A stretch of 64,000 nucleotides of DNA, taken from positions 3,168,001-3,232,000 of the forward strand of contig CBDDFZ010000001.1 of assembly GCA_965227515.1 (NCBI GenBank). Direction: 5' to 3'. This stretch comes from Alphaproteobacteria bacterium (GTDB taxonomy: Bacteria; Pseudomonadota; Alphaproteobacteria; CALKHQ01). Positions 40,529-50,006 of this stretch are shown here, one piece after another (position 1 is the stretch's first letter; every line of letters begins with the position of its first letter). The notes beneath the pieces were generated by a model. It saw nothing but the letters and a program-made list of their open reading frames with translations. It ran no database searches and was not told the origin of the DNA. Both the position numbers and the translations under genes were made by a program.

Positions 40529-41704
40529 CTATCGCGACAGATATGAGCGCATCTTCGTCATCGCCGCCTCGATGTTCTCGACCGAGTTGGCGTAGGAGAA
40601 GCGGATATAGCCCTCGCCATTGGCGCCGAAGCTGGTGCCGGAGATGGCGGCGATGCCGAGTTCCTCCAGCAGTGTGTGCTGCAGTTCGCGCGATGTCTTG
40701 CCGGTGCCGGTGATATTGGCGAAGGCATAGAAGGCGCCGCCGGGCTCGATGCAGGTCACGCCCTCGATCTGGTTGAGCGCGCGGGTGATGACCTTGCGGC
40801 GCTGGTCGAAGGCGCGGACCATCTCGCCCACCGCATCCTGCGGGCCCTCCAGGGCGGCGATGCCGGCGTATTGGGTGGCGGCGTTGACGCAGGAATGGCA
40901 GTTGATCGACAGCCTGGTCGCGTGCGGGGCCAACTCCTTCGGCCAGATCGCATAGCCCAGCCGCCAGCCGGTCATGGCATAGGTTTTCGACCAGCCGTCC
41001 AGCATGATCACCCGGTCGCGGATCGCCGGGTAGCTCAGCATGCTGGTGTGCTCGCGCCCGTCATAGGTCATCTGCGAGTAGATCTCGTCGCTCAGGATAT
41101 GGACATGCGGGTGGGCCTCCAGCCCCGCCGCCAGCTTGTCCAGTTCCTCCTTCGGCACCGCGCCGCCGGTGGGGTTGGCCGGGGTGTTCAGGATGATCAG
41201 GCGGGTCTGCGGCGTGATCAGGTTCAGCACTTCCTCGGCGCTGAATGAGAAGCCGTTCGATTCATAGAGCGGGATCGGCACCGGGGTGGCGCCGGTGAAC
41301 TTGATGACGGACTCATAGATCGGGAAGCCGGGGTTCGGATACATGATCTCCACCCCCGGCGTGCCGAACATCAGGGTGGCGAAGAACATGGTGACCTTGC
41401 CGCCCGGCACCACCACCACCGTATCGGGGTCGATATCAAGGTCGTGGCGCTTGTTCAGGTCGTTGGCGACCGCCTCGCGCAGCGGCAGGATGCCATTGGC
41501 GGGCGTATAGCCGTGATGGCCGTCCTTCAGCGCCTTGCAGGCGGCATCGACAATGTGCTCGGGCGTACGGAAATCGGGCTGGCCGATGCCGAGATTGATG
41601 ATTTCGCGGCCTTCCAGTTCCAGCGCCTTGGCGCGCGCCAGCACCTCGAATGCCGTCTCCGTACCCAGCCGGCCCATGCCGGGCGCCAGCAAGTCCATGT
41701 CCAT
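40529..41704 (-). CDS. PLP-dependent class I/II aminotransferase
   Basis: LGIGQPDF, NTPANPTG, SDEIY, SKTYAMTGWRLG. Confidence 0.93.
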   Translation of the reverse strand: MDMDLLAPGMGRLGTETAFEVLARAKALELEGREIINLGIGQPDFRTPEHIVDAACKALKDGHHGYTPANGILPLREAVANDLNKRHDLDIDPDTVVVVPGGKVTMFFATLMFGTPGVEIMYPNPGFPIYESVIKFTGATPVPIPLYESNGFSFSAEEVLNLITPQTRLIILNTPANPTGGAVPKEELDKLAAGLEAHPHVHILSDEIYSQMTYDGREHTSMLSYPAIRDRVIMLDGWSKTYAMTGWRLGYAIWPKELAPHATRLSINCHSCVNAATQYAGIAALEGPQDAVGEMVRAFDQRRKVITRALNQIEGVTCIEPGGAFYAFANITGTGKTSRELQHTLLEELGIAAISGTSFGANGEGYIRFSYANSVENIEAAMTKMRSYLSR

Positions 41705-41849
41705 CGTTTCCTGCCCCATTGGATTTGTTGCGCGCGAGAGAATGCGCAAATCCACCGCCAACGCAAGCCGCAGCTATTGGGGAGCTGTTGGGGCCGGCTG
41801 GTCCGCCGGTTGCACGGCAGCGCCACATAGCTGTCATCCGGTGGGGGCC

Positions 41850-42530
41850 ATGGACCTGCGCTTCTTCGAAATCTACCGCAACGAGGAATACCTGCTGCTG
41901 CTGTTGGAGGGCGCGATGACCAGCGCGGGCCTGACCATAGGCGGCGGCGTGCTGGGCTTCGTGCTGGCGGTGCTGCTCGCCTTCGCCCGGCATCGCGCCG
42001 TGCCGGTGCTGGCCCAGGTCGCGGCCGCCTATGTCGAGTTCATCCGCAACACGCCGCTGATCGTGCAGATGTTCTTCGTCGCGTTCGGGCTGCCGATGCT
42101 GTTCGGCTATCAATTGCCGTTCTGGGGCCACGCGCTGCTGGCGCTGACCCTGAACTTCTCCGCCTACTTCGCCGAGATCCTGCGCGCCGGCTTCGCGACC
42201 GTCGACGAGGGCCAGGGCGAGGCCGCGGCCGCGCTGGGTCTGAGGCCGCTGACGATCTTCCGCAAGATCGTGATGCCACAAGCGATCGGGCGGATGTTCC
42301 CGTCGCTTTCCAGCCAGTTCATCTTCCTGTTCCTGACCACGGGCATCATCGCCGAGATCGGCGTGCGCGACCTCGCCAACGCCGGCATGTACATCGACAG
42401 CCGGACGTTCCGCACGTTCGAGGTGTTCCTGACCCTGACCGCGATCTACATCGTGCTGTCGCTCGGCTTCAAGGCGGCGATGGCGCGCATCTATGTCCGC
42501 GTCTTCCCGTGGCGGGCGGTAAGCCGATGA
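41850..42530 (+). CDS. Polar amino acid ABC transporter permease
   Basis: YVEFIRNTPLIVQ, SAYFAEILRAG, GQGEAAAALG. Confidence 0.93.
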   Translation: MDLRFFEIYRNEEYLLLLLEGAMTSAGLTIGGGVLGFVLAVLLAFARHRAVPVLAQVAAAYVEFIRNTPLIVQMFFVAFGLPMLFGYQLPFWGHALLALTLNFSAYFAEILRAGFATVDEGQGEAAAALGLRPLTIFRKIVMPQAIGRMFPSLSSQFIFLFLTTGIIAEIGVRDLANAGMYIDSRTFRTFEVFLTLTAIYIVLSLGFKAAMARIYVRVFPWRAVSR

Positions 42531-42540
42531 CGGCCCGGCG

Positions 42541-43248
42541 ATGACGGAGTGGCTCAACGGTCTGCTCGGCGCGCCGCAGGGCACGGTGCTGGCGCAGCTT
42601 CTGGAGGCGACCCAGTTCACCATCTACCTGTCGCTGATCGCCTTCGCCGGCGGCGGCCTTGTCGGTGCGCTGATCACGCTGGTCCGCATCTCGCGCCGCC
42701 GCTGGGCCAAGCGGGTCGCCATCGCCTACATCTGGTTCTTCCAGTCGACGCCGCTGTTGATGCTGCTGTTCCTGGCCGGCCTTGGCATCCCGCGGGTGCT
42801 CGGCTTCGACCTGTCGCCCTGGGTCGCCGCCTCGGTGTCGCTGACGATCTATGCAAGTGCCTATCTTTCGGACGTCTGGCGGGGTGCCGTGGAATCCATC
42901 CCGGATGGCCAGTGGGAAGCGTCGCGCAGCCTGGGAGTGCGGTTCCTGCCCATGCTGCGGCTGGTGATCCTGCCCCAGGCCATCCGCGTTGGCCTGGCGC
43001 CAACCGTGGGTTTCATGGTCCAGATCATCAAGGGCACATCGCTTGCATACATCATCGGGTTCGCCGATCTCATGCTGATCGGCAAGCGCTGGGCGAACTC
43101 ACCGGTGGAGGGCACCGAGCCATTCATCATCTTCCCGCTGATGGCATTCATCTATTTCGCGTTGTGCTTTCCGTTGTCGGTGGCGTCGCGTCGCCTGGAG
43201 AAGCGCCTCGGCGGGATCGGCCGAACGACAACCCCGACCGCCGCATGA
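42541..43248 (+). CDS. Polar amino acid ABC transporter permease
   Basis: STPLL, SAYLSDVWRG, GQWEASRSLG, IIKGTSL. Confidence 0.93.
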   Translation: MTEWLNGLLGAPQGTVLAQLLEATQFTIYLSLIAFAGGGLVGALITLVRISRRRWAKRVAIAYIWFFQSTPLLMLLFLAGLGIPRVLGFDLSPWVAASVSLTIYASAYLSDVWRGAVESIPDGQWEASRSLGVRFLPMLRLVILPQAIRVGLAPTVGFMVQIIKGTSLAYIIGFADLMLIGKRWANSPVEGTEPFIIFPLMAFIYFALCFPLSVASRRLEKRLGGIGRTTTPTAA

Positions 43249-43282
43249 GCCATTCGTCCAGCCAACCAACAATGGAGGCCAC

Positions 43283-44071
43283 ATGACACATCAGAAGACC
43301 TTTGGCGCTTGCGTGGCGCTGGCCATGGCGACCCTGGTGCCGGGCACGGCGTCGGCGGACCTTGCCGATATTCTTGAGGAAGGCACCATCAGCATCGGTG
43401 TGCCGGAGAGCTTCCCGCCGTTCGGCTCGTTGGGCGCGGAGGGCGAGTATGTCGGCTACGACATCGACATGGCGACCCTGGTGGCCGAGGCGATGGGCGT
43501 CGAACTCGAGCTGGTGCCGATCACGTCCGACCAGCGCATTCCGTATCTGGAGACCGAGCGCGTGGACCTCGTGATCTCGTCGATGGGCGCCAATCCGGAG
43601 CGCGCCAAGTCGATCTGGTTCTCCAGCGCCTATGCCCCGTTCTACTCAGGCGCGTTCGCCGCACCCGAGCTGGACATTTCCGCGGTCGCCGACCTTGGCG
43701 GCTACACCATCGGGCTGACCGGCGGCACGCTTGAGGACCTGGCGCTGACCGAGGAAGCGCCGGAGGACGCGGAGATCATTCGCTTCGGCGACAACGCCGC
43801 GACCCTGGCGGCCTACACCTCCGGCCAGGTCGATGTGCTGGTCACCGGCAACACGGTTGCGGCGGAGCTGGCGGCCACTAACCCGGACCTCGGCGTCGAG
43901 ACCAAGTTCATCCTGCGCAACTCGCCGTGCTTCATCGGCGTCAAGCAGGGCAACATCGACCTGTTGCAGTGGGTCAACGTGCTGATCCTCACCAACAAGC
44001 TCTCCGGCACCATGGACGAGATGGCCGTCCAGTGGTTCGGCGAGCCGCTGCCCGACCTGCCGACGTTCTAG
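43283..44071 (+). CDS. Polar amino acid ABC substrate-binding protein (family 3)
   Basis: Signal peptide; FPPFG, GYDID, RIPYL, ERAK..FS..Y. Confidence 0.93.
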   Translation: MTHQKTFGACVALAMATLVPGTASADLADILEEGTISIGVPESFPPFGSLGAEGEYVGYDIDMATLVAEAMGVELELVPITSDQRIPYLETERVDLVISSMGANPERAKSIWFSSAYAPFYSGAFAAPELDISAVADLGGYTIGLTGGTLEDLALTEEAPEDAEIIRFGDNAATLAAYTSGQVDVLVTGNTVAAELAATNPDLGVETKFILRNSPCFIGVKQGNIDLLQWVNVLILTNKLSGTMDEMAVQWFGEPLPDLPTF

Positions 44072-44083
44072 CGCATGATCATT

Positions 44084-44196
44084 TAAGTCGGCACCGGCCC
44101 TCTCCCCCACCCGGCCGCCCCGGTACCATACTGACGTGGTCGGCCGGGAGCGGGAGAGGGCTGGCGCAGACTTCCGCGCAAGCTGATCCTGATCTA
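44084..44196. repeat. Palindromic intergenic element (MITE/REP-like), copy 2
   Basis: Homologous to 29221-29367; long stem-loop. Confidence 0.85.
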
Positions 44197-44348
44197 GTCG
44201 GCAGCCTGTTACACTCTCCCTGGCCGGCGTCTGCGTATGCGACAAATGCCGGCCGGGGGCTTGCGCATCACTTGACCTGGAGCATCGCGAAGCGTAGGTA
44301 ACCGCGCTGGATCGCCCGCCGCATTGCGGTGGAGCGCCCGATCTTTGT

Positions 44349-44426
44349 GGTGGCTGTAGCTCAGCTGGTGAGAGCGCTGGTTTGTGGTACCAGAGGCCGT
44401 GGGTTCAAATCCCATCAGCCACCCCA
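44349..44426 (+). tRNA. tRNA-His (GTG), encoded G-1, C73 and CCA
   Basis: GGTGGCTGTAGCTCAG...CTGGT-TTGTGGT-ACCAG...GGTTCAAATCC...CAGCCACCCCA. Confidence 0.97.
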
Positions 44427-44481
44427 AACTCCACCCGTCATTTCCCCAACTTGAGAAACACAGCTTGCGGGCCGGAGCCGG

Positions 44482-44850
44482 TCAGCGCACCTGCCATTCA
44501 CCGGCGGCGTCGCGGCAGGCGACGTGTTCCTGTCCTGTGGCGCTGCCTGCGGTGTGCTGATAACGCCGGCAATAGGCGCCATCGGCCGCCTGAAAGGTCG
44601 TGCGGACGATGATGGCGCCACGCGCGCCATTGGGCTCGGTCCACTCCAGCGTCTCGCCATCGGGCAGATTTTCCAAGGCGACCGGCAACGCGATCTCGCC
44701 AGCCGGTGTCGGAGCCGCTGTCTGGGAGCCTCCGAAAGAGGCAGAACGCGGGTTCGCACACGCCGCCGTGGCAAGGACAACGACAAGAGCCGTCAGCGCC
44801 AGCGCCCCACGCGCGCGCTTGCAATCCTGCGATGCGTTGCCAGGGATCAC
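44482..44850 (-). CDS. Small lipoprotein, 17-kDa surface antigen-like C-terminal domain
   Basis: Lipobox-like TAAC; ALE..PDG...W, YCRRY, ACRD..G.W. Confidence 0.75.
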   Translation of the reverse strand: MIPGNASQDCKRARGALALTALVVVLATAACANPRSASFGGSQTAAPTPAGEIALPVALENLPDGETLEWTEPNGARGAIIVRTTFQAADGAYCRRYQHTAGSATGQEHVACRDAAGEWQVR

Positions 44851-44851
44851 C

Positions 44852-45991
44852 TCACCGCCCCCTTCCATCGCCCTCAGCCGGCCCCGGCGCCTCCACGGCG
44901 GGCGGACCAACATCGCCATAGTTGATAATGAGGGTTTCGCTACTCGACGAATCGCTGCTCGACACGTTCGAGCCGACCCTGGACACGCTTTGCTGTGGCG
45001 CCCCGCTGCTCGGCGCAAGGTTCAGAAGATTGCCGGCCCCGCCGGTCGCATCCTCGATTGTATCGGTGATGCCGCCGGTCGTGTCTTCGATTGTATCGGT
45101 CACCCCGCCGGTCGTGTCCTCAATCGTATCGGTGAGACCGCCGGTCGTGTCCTGAAGCGTCTCCGTGGCTCCGCCGGTTGCACCGTCGAGGGTTTCGTCC
45201 AGCGTATCGGTCACGTCCTCCAGGGCGCCCGCCGCCCCTTCGGTCACGGTGTTGAGCAACTCGTTGAGGGGCTGGATGCCGGATTGCGGCAGGATCTCGT
45301 TGGCGGCTTCGTCCAGCGGATCGGATATCGCGCTCGCTTCGTCCGGGCTGAGCGGCCGTAACTCGATGGTGTCCGGGCAAGGGTCGTCGACCGATACCGT
45401 GAAACCGGCCGGCACATCGACCGCGGCGCAGCCTTCGATGCTGCGCACGTTGACAACACCCTCCGTCACGCTCACCGATGAGGCGTCATTGGTAATCGCG
45501 AACTGGGTCCCCTTCACACCGGCGATCAGGAACTCGGCGAACACCTCGAACGAGGGCCCACGCCGTGGCGACACCAGGTAATAGACATTGCCGCCCTGCT
45601 GATTGATGCGCGTGTCGGCCCCGCCCGCAGCCGGTGCCGGCAAGGCAAGTGTCGTGTTCTCGCGTATGCGGATGATGTCGCCGCCGCGGGCCAGCACGAC
45701 CTCGCTGCCGGAACTCACGGTGATGGCCTGGTATGGGCCGATCAGGTCGCCCGGGGCCATGGGGCCTGGCTCGTTCCAGGGGTTGGAGCCTGCGGCAAGG
45801 TCGGCACTGCCGCGCACGTCGATCACGGTCCAGTACTCGCTCAGCGAAACGCCAGCGTCCTGGGCTGCGGCCTGTACGGCGGCGAGTACGCCAATCAGGG
45901 CAGCCGCGACAGCGGCCACGTGACGCTCCATCGAGCGCCACCGCATCGCCCCCAAGGCGCCATCTCGCATGCCGCGTTGCCGCCGTTCCAT
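44852..45991 (-). CDS. Secreted FecR-domain protein with 11-aa Thr/Asp/Gly repeats
   Basis: Signal peptide (AAA-QD); IRIRENTTL, FEV..AGVKGTQF..VSVTEGVV; (TGGxTDTIEDT)n. Confidence 0.8.
   Translation of the reverse strand: MERRQRGMRDGALGAMRWRSMERHVAAVAAALIGVLAAVQAAAQDAGVSLSEYWTVIDVRGSADLAAGSNPWNEPGPMAPGDLIGPYQAITVSSGSEVVLARGGDIIRIRENTTLALPAPAAGGADTRINQQGGNVYYLVSPRRGPSFEVFAEFLIAGVKGTQFAITNDASSVSVTEGVVNVRSIEGCAAVDVPAGFTVSVDDPCPDTIELRPLSPDEASAISDPLDEAANEILPQSGIQPLNELLNTVTEGAAGALEDVTDTLDETLDGATGGATETLQDTTGGLTDTIEDTTGGVTDTIEDTTGGITDTIEDATGGAGNLLNLAPSSGAPQQSVSRVGSNVSSSDSSSSETLIINYGDVGPPAVEAPGPAEGDGRGR
45039..45210 (-). repeat. 33-bp coding tandem repeat (~5 units)
   Basis: Recurring CCGCCGGTCGTGTC...GTATCGGT units. 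Confidence 0.85.
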
Positions 45992-46257
45992 GCTTGCTCT
46001 TACAATATTTCGACCCGGTCGCGTAAGGCAACTCGCCTTTGAATGATGGATATCATAACGACACTGGCCGGTTGTTGTCCTAGATTGGGTTGGGAACGCA
46101 ACGGCTCGATGGTTGCTGGGTGATTCAATTCAGGCGTGCAATCACGCTGGCAGCGTGACCTGGCCAACGCCCCCCATGATGTCGAACTGGTCCGCCGGGT
46201 CGCGGCCAGCGTCATCGCGCAGGAGACAGAGCTTCCAGGCTCTCCAACGTCGATAGC

Positions 46258-48873
46258 ATGTCCGGTCCGCAGCGCGACACGTTTCGGTTCCTGCCGCGTC
46301 CCGTTTGGGGCGGCATCGGCATTGCGCTGGTGCTGGGCCTGACGTTGCTGGCCCACAGCGCGGGCCTGACGCGCGCGGTCGACAATGTCGTGCGCGATGC
46401 GGGCTTTGCCGCGTTCCCGCAGCCGACATCGGGGCAACTGGCGATGGTCGTCATCGACCAGGGCAGCATCACCGCACTCGGCACGTGGCCCTGGCCGCGC
46501 GGTTATCATGCCGCGGTACTGTCGCGTTTGCAGGACGCCGGCGCCCGGCGGATCGGGTTCGACATTACCTTCTCGTCCCCTTCCCAGCCCGACGAGGACG
46601 ACAGTTTCGCGCAGGCTCTGGAACGCGCCGGTGATGCGGTCGGGCTGCCGATGTTCGCCTCCGCGCCGCTCGATTTCGGCTCCGGGGGCATTGTCGTCAG
46701 CGCGCCGCTGGCCGGCTTCTCCGAGCACGCGGAGACCGTGGCGATCAACCTGCGGCAGGGGGCCGACGGATTCGTCAGGCAACTGCCCTATGCACTGGCG
46801 TATGACGGCGAGACATATCCGTTCATATCGACCTGGCTTGCCGGGCTGCCGGTTCCGGACGACGCCGGACGGACCTATCTCCTGGACCTTGCGCTCAATC
46901 CCGACGACATCCAGCGCCTGTCCTACTACGACGTCATGACCGGCGCATTCGACCCGGCCGCCATTGCCGGTCGCGACATCCTGATCGGCGCGACGGCCCT
47001 GGATGTGTCCGACGACAAGAATGTGCCGCTTTATGGCAGCCTGCCCGGCCTGGCCGTGATCGCGCTGGGTTACGAGGCCCTGGTGCAGGGACGCGCCCTG
47101 CAAGAAGCGTCGCCGGTCGTGACCTATCTGTCGGTCGTGGTGATGGCCTTCGGTGCGATCATGGCATTCTCGTCGATGCGGGCGCTGAATTGCGCACTGT
47201 CGATGCTGGGTATCGCGATCGTCCTACTGGCGGCCTATCTCTTCTTCTATCTGGGCAGCGCCGTGGCGATCGAGGTGGCGCCGCCCGCGTTGGCGGCGTT
47301 GCTGGCGTTCGTACTGGTGATCGCGCTGCGCTATGCCGAGCAGCACTGGCGCTTGGCCGCGCAGAGCCGCGCGATCATCGACCGGCAGAACCTGTTCCAG
47401 ACCATCTTCGACAATGTCGCCATGGGGCTGCTGACCGCGGACAAGAGCGGCCGGGTGATCAGTGTCAATCCTGCGATGCTGCGGATATTTCGCTGCGAGG
47501 AAGCTGATGTTCTGGGCCAGAACATCAGCACGTTCATTCAAAGCCCGGATCTGGCGTTGGATGGCGGCCAGGATACGGCCGCCGGCACCTGGCAGACCGT
47601 CGCGGCGCGGCGCAAGGGCGGAGGCAACTTCAAGGCGGAAATCCTGGTGGTCGGCGCGCATACCCACGACCGCGAGATCAATGTGGTGTGGCTGCGCACG
47701 CAAGCGCCGCACGATGAATCGGAAGCTGCCGTTCAACAGTCGCACAAGCTGCAGTCCCTGGGCCTGCTGGCCTGGGAGGTGGCACGCAAGACGAACGAGT
47801 ACTTCGCGTCGCTGCAGGCCTATGCCGCGCGCGGACGCGAGGTGGCCGCCGCGGCCGACCCCGCCTCCCCGGTCCTCGCCGAGATCGCCAGGGTGGCTGA
47901 CCGCGGCGCCGATCTTACCGAGCACCTGCTGAAGCTTTCCGACGTTGACGAGGTTGCCGGCCAGGCGACCGACGTCAGCGTTGTCGTCAACCAATTGGCT
48001 CCATTGCTGCGGCATGCTTTCGGCGACCGGTTTCAAGTGACGCTGACGCTGGCGGACGACACCAACGTCGTGGCCGTCAGCCCGGCGCAGCTCGAGACGA
48101 TCATCATCGCGATTTGCGTCAGTGCGCGCGACGCGATGCCGGATGGCGGGTTGATCGCCATCGAGACCGCGCGTTTCGACTACGTGGCCGAGCAGGACTT
48201 CGTCCACGAGGGTCCTTTCTCCGTGATCTCGGTCACCAGTGCTGCCACCGGCCTGGACGGCATTCGACCCGCCCCGTCGGCGCCCAGTACGGTTGCGGCG
48301 CACTTGTCGGCCAGCGGCGCAAGCCTGGGCAGCATCTATCGGTTGGTGAACGAGATCGGGGGCCGGATCCAGATCGAGAGCGAACTCGGCGGAGAGACCA
48401 CGGTGCGTGTGTACCTGCCCGAGCGGCCTGCCGGCGACGCCCCGCCGCCCCTGGCCGATTTCGACATTTCCCGGCTGCCCAGCGGCTCGGAGAAAATCCT
48501 GATGGTGGAAGACGATGCGGTGTCGCGCCGCCACAGCACCACCGTGCTGCGCTCGCTCGGCTACAACGTGGTGGAGGGCGGCAACGTCGACATGGCGCTC
48601 GGGCTGATCGACCAGGGGGTGGAGTTCGACTTGCTGGTTGCCTCGACGACATTGTCGGAGAGCAGGGATGGCCAGACACTGGCCGCCTCCGCCCAGCGGC
48701 GCTGGCCGTCGGCCAGGATCCTCTACACGGCACCCAGAGCCAAGGCCGGCATGGTCGCGAAGACGCTGTTCGACCGCAACGCGGCCGTCGTCGCCAAGCC
48801 CTATACGCCATCCGACATGGCAACGGCCGTCCGCGCCCTGCTCGATGGCCGGCCAGGGGCCAGCCGGATATAG
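46258..48873 (+). CDS. CHASE2-TM-PAS-HisKA-HATPase-REC hybrid sensor with degenerate catalytic motifs
   Basis: CHASE2 (VVIDQ..LGTWPWPR..HA, IGFDI, ILIGATA), 3 TMs, PAS, ARDAMPDGG, EKILMVEDD..KPY. Confidence 0.88.
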   Translation: MSGPQRDTFRFLPRPVWGGIGIALVLGLTLLAHSAGLTRAVDNVVRDAGFAAFPQPTSGQLAMVVIDQGSITALGTWPWPRGYHAAVLSRLQDAGARRIGFDITFSSPSQPDEDDSFAQALERAGDAVGLPMFASAPLDFGSGGIVVSAPLAGFSEHAETVAINLRQGADGFVRQLPYALAYDGETYPFISTWLAGLPVPDDAGRTYLLDLALNPDDIQRLSYYDVMTGAFDPAAIAGRDILIGATALDVSDDKNVPLYGSLPGLAVIALGYEALVQGRALQEASPVVTYLSVVVMAFGAIMAFSSMRALNCALSMLGIAIVLLAAYLFFYLGSAVAIEVAPPALAALLAFVLVIALRYAEQHWRLAAQSRAIIDRQNLFQTIFDNVAMGLLTADKSGRVISVNPAMLRIFRCEEADVLGQNISTFIQSPDLALDGGQDTAAGTWQTVAARRKGGGNFKAEILVVGAHTHDREINVVWLRTQAPHDESEAAVQQSHKLQSLGLLAWEVARKTNEYFASLQAYAARGREVAAAADPASPVLAEIARVADRGADLTEHLLKLSDVDEVAGQATDVSVVVNQLAPLLRHAFGDRFQVTLTLADDTNVVAVSPAQLETIIIAICVSARDAMPDGGLIAIETARFDYVAEQDFVHEGPFSVISVTSAATGLDGIRPAPSAPSTVAAHLSASGASLGSIYRLVNEIGGRIQIESELGGETTVRVYLPERPAGDAPPPLADFDISRLPSGSEKILMVEDDAVSRRHSTTVLRSLGYNVVEGGNVDMALGLIDQGVEFDLLVASTTLSESRDGQTLAASAQRRWPSARILYTAPRAKAGMVAKTLFDRNAAVVAKPYTPSDMATAVRALLDGRPGASRI

Positions 48874-49219
48874 CCCCACAGCTTGCCTGCCGTGTGCCGC
48901 TGCGCTGTTCGGCGCATGCCCTATCGTTCAATTATTGCGAACACTTGAGTTCACAAGAAGTTGTGGATGGCTAATCGTGGCCGACTAGTGGAGAATTTGT
49001 GAATTGTGACGGTCGTCACTCGCAAACTTCCCTAACGATTTCTAAATAAGCAAACCGGTTTACCTTAATGGTTAATTCATCGGCATGGTTAATGATGAAC
49101 CAATTGGGGGCAGCGGAAGAAAGGTTTCGCCAACACGCCGAGACGGGCACTGAATACTGAGTTTGATCGTTGTCCGGAACGGGCACGGCGCGAACCGTAC
49201 AGCCATTGCGAGGTGTTCC

Positions 49220-50005
49220 ATGGCTTTGACATTCGACGACCGCCCACGCGCAGCACCTGAGTTCGCTGCGTTCGACCGACTGACCGACCCGCTGCAGACG
49301 CCTTGGCGTCCGACTATTGGCTTGCGCCAGATCGCCGAGGCGATGACGCGCAACCAGCACCTGCTGGTGCTGCGCTTCGCCACGTTCAACATGGCCGGTA
49401 TCGCCCTGTTCGCGCTCGCCTGGAGCATGGGCTGGATCGGCACCGTTGTTGCCGGCGACGACACCATGATCACCGTCGGCATCGCGCTGGTGTTCGCGGT
49501 CGGCCTGATGTTCGCGGGCCGACTGGCCTGGCGGATCAGTGCCGAGAACAACGCTGCGATCGGCCACCGGCGCGAGCGCTCGGAATGGATCGACAGCTAT
49601 CTGCGCGAGGTCTCGGCAAAGGACGCGGGCAGCCGCGCGATCGCGGGTTCGGCCCTGCGGCTGCGGCTGGCGAACCGCATCGGCTCGGTCAAGCAAATCG
49701 CCAACAGCCTGGTGCTGCTGGGCCTGATCGGCACCGTCATCGGCTTCATCATCGCGTTGTCCGGCGTCTCGGCGGAGACCGCCGCCGACCCGCAGTCCAT
49801 CGCGCCGATGGTGGGCGACTTGATCCGCGGCATGTCGGTGGCGCTCTACACAACGCTGGCCGGCGCCGTGTTCAACCTCTGGCTCATGGTCAACTTCCAC
49901 ATCCTGGCCGGCGGCAGCGCCCGGCTGGCGAGCCAGTTGATCGAGGCCGCCGAGCGCGAGGCCGGCAGCCGCGTGGCGCCCTACCGGGCGGCCGGAGCGC
50001 GCTGA
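49220..50005 (+). CDS. MotA/TolQ/ExbB proton channel family protein
   Basis: 4 hydrophobic helices; LGLIGTVIGF and GMSVALYTTLAG. Confidence 0.88.
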   Translation: MALTFDDRPRAAPEFAAFDRLTDPLQTPWRPTIGLRQIAEAMTRNQHLLVLRFATFNMAGIALFALAWSMGWIGTVVAGDDTMITVGIALVFAVGLMFAGRLAWRISAENNAAIGHRRERSEWIDSYLREVSAKDAGSRAIAGSALRLRLANRIGSVKQIANSLVLLGLIGTVIGFIIALSGVSAETAADPQSIAPMVGDLIRGMSVALYTTLAGAVFNLWLMVNFHILAGGSARLASQLIEAAEREAGSRVAPYRAAGAR

Positions 50006-50006
50006 C

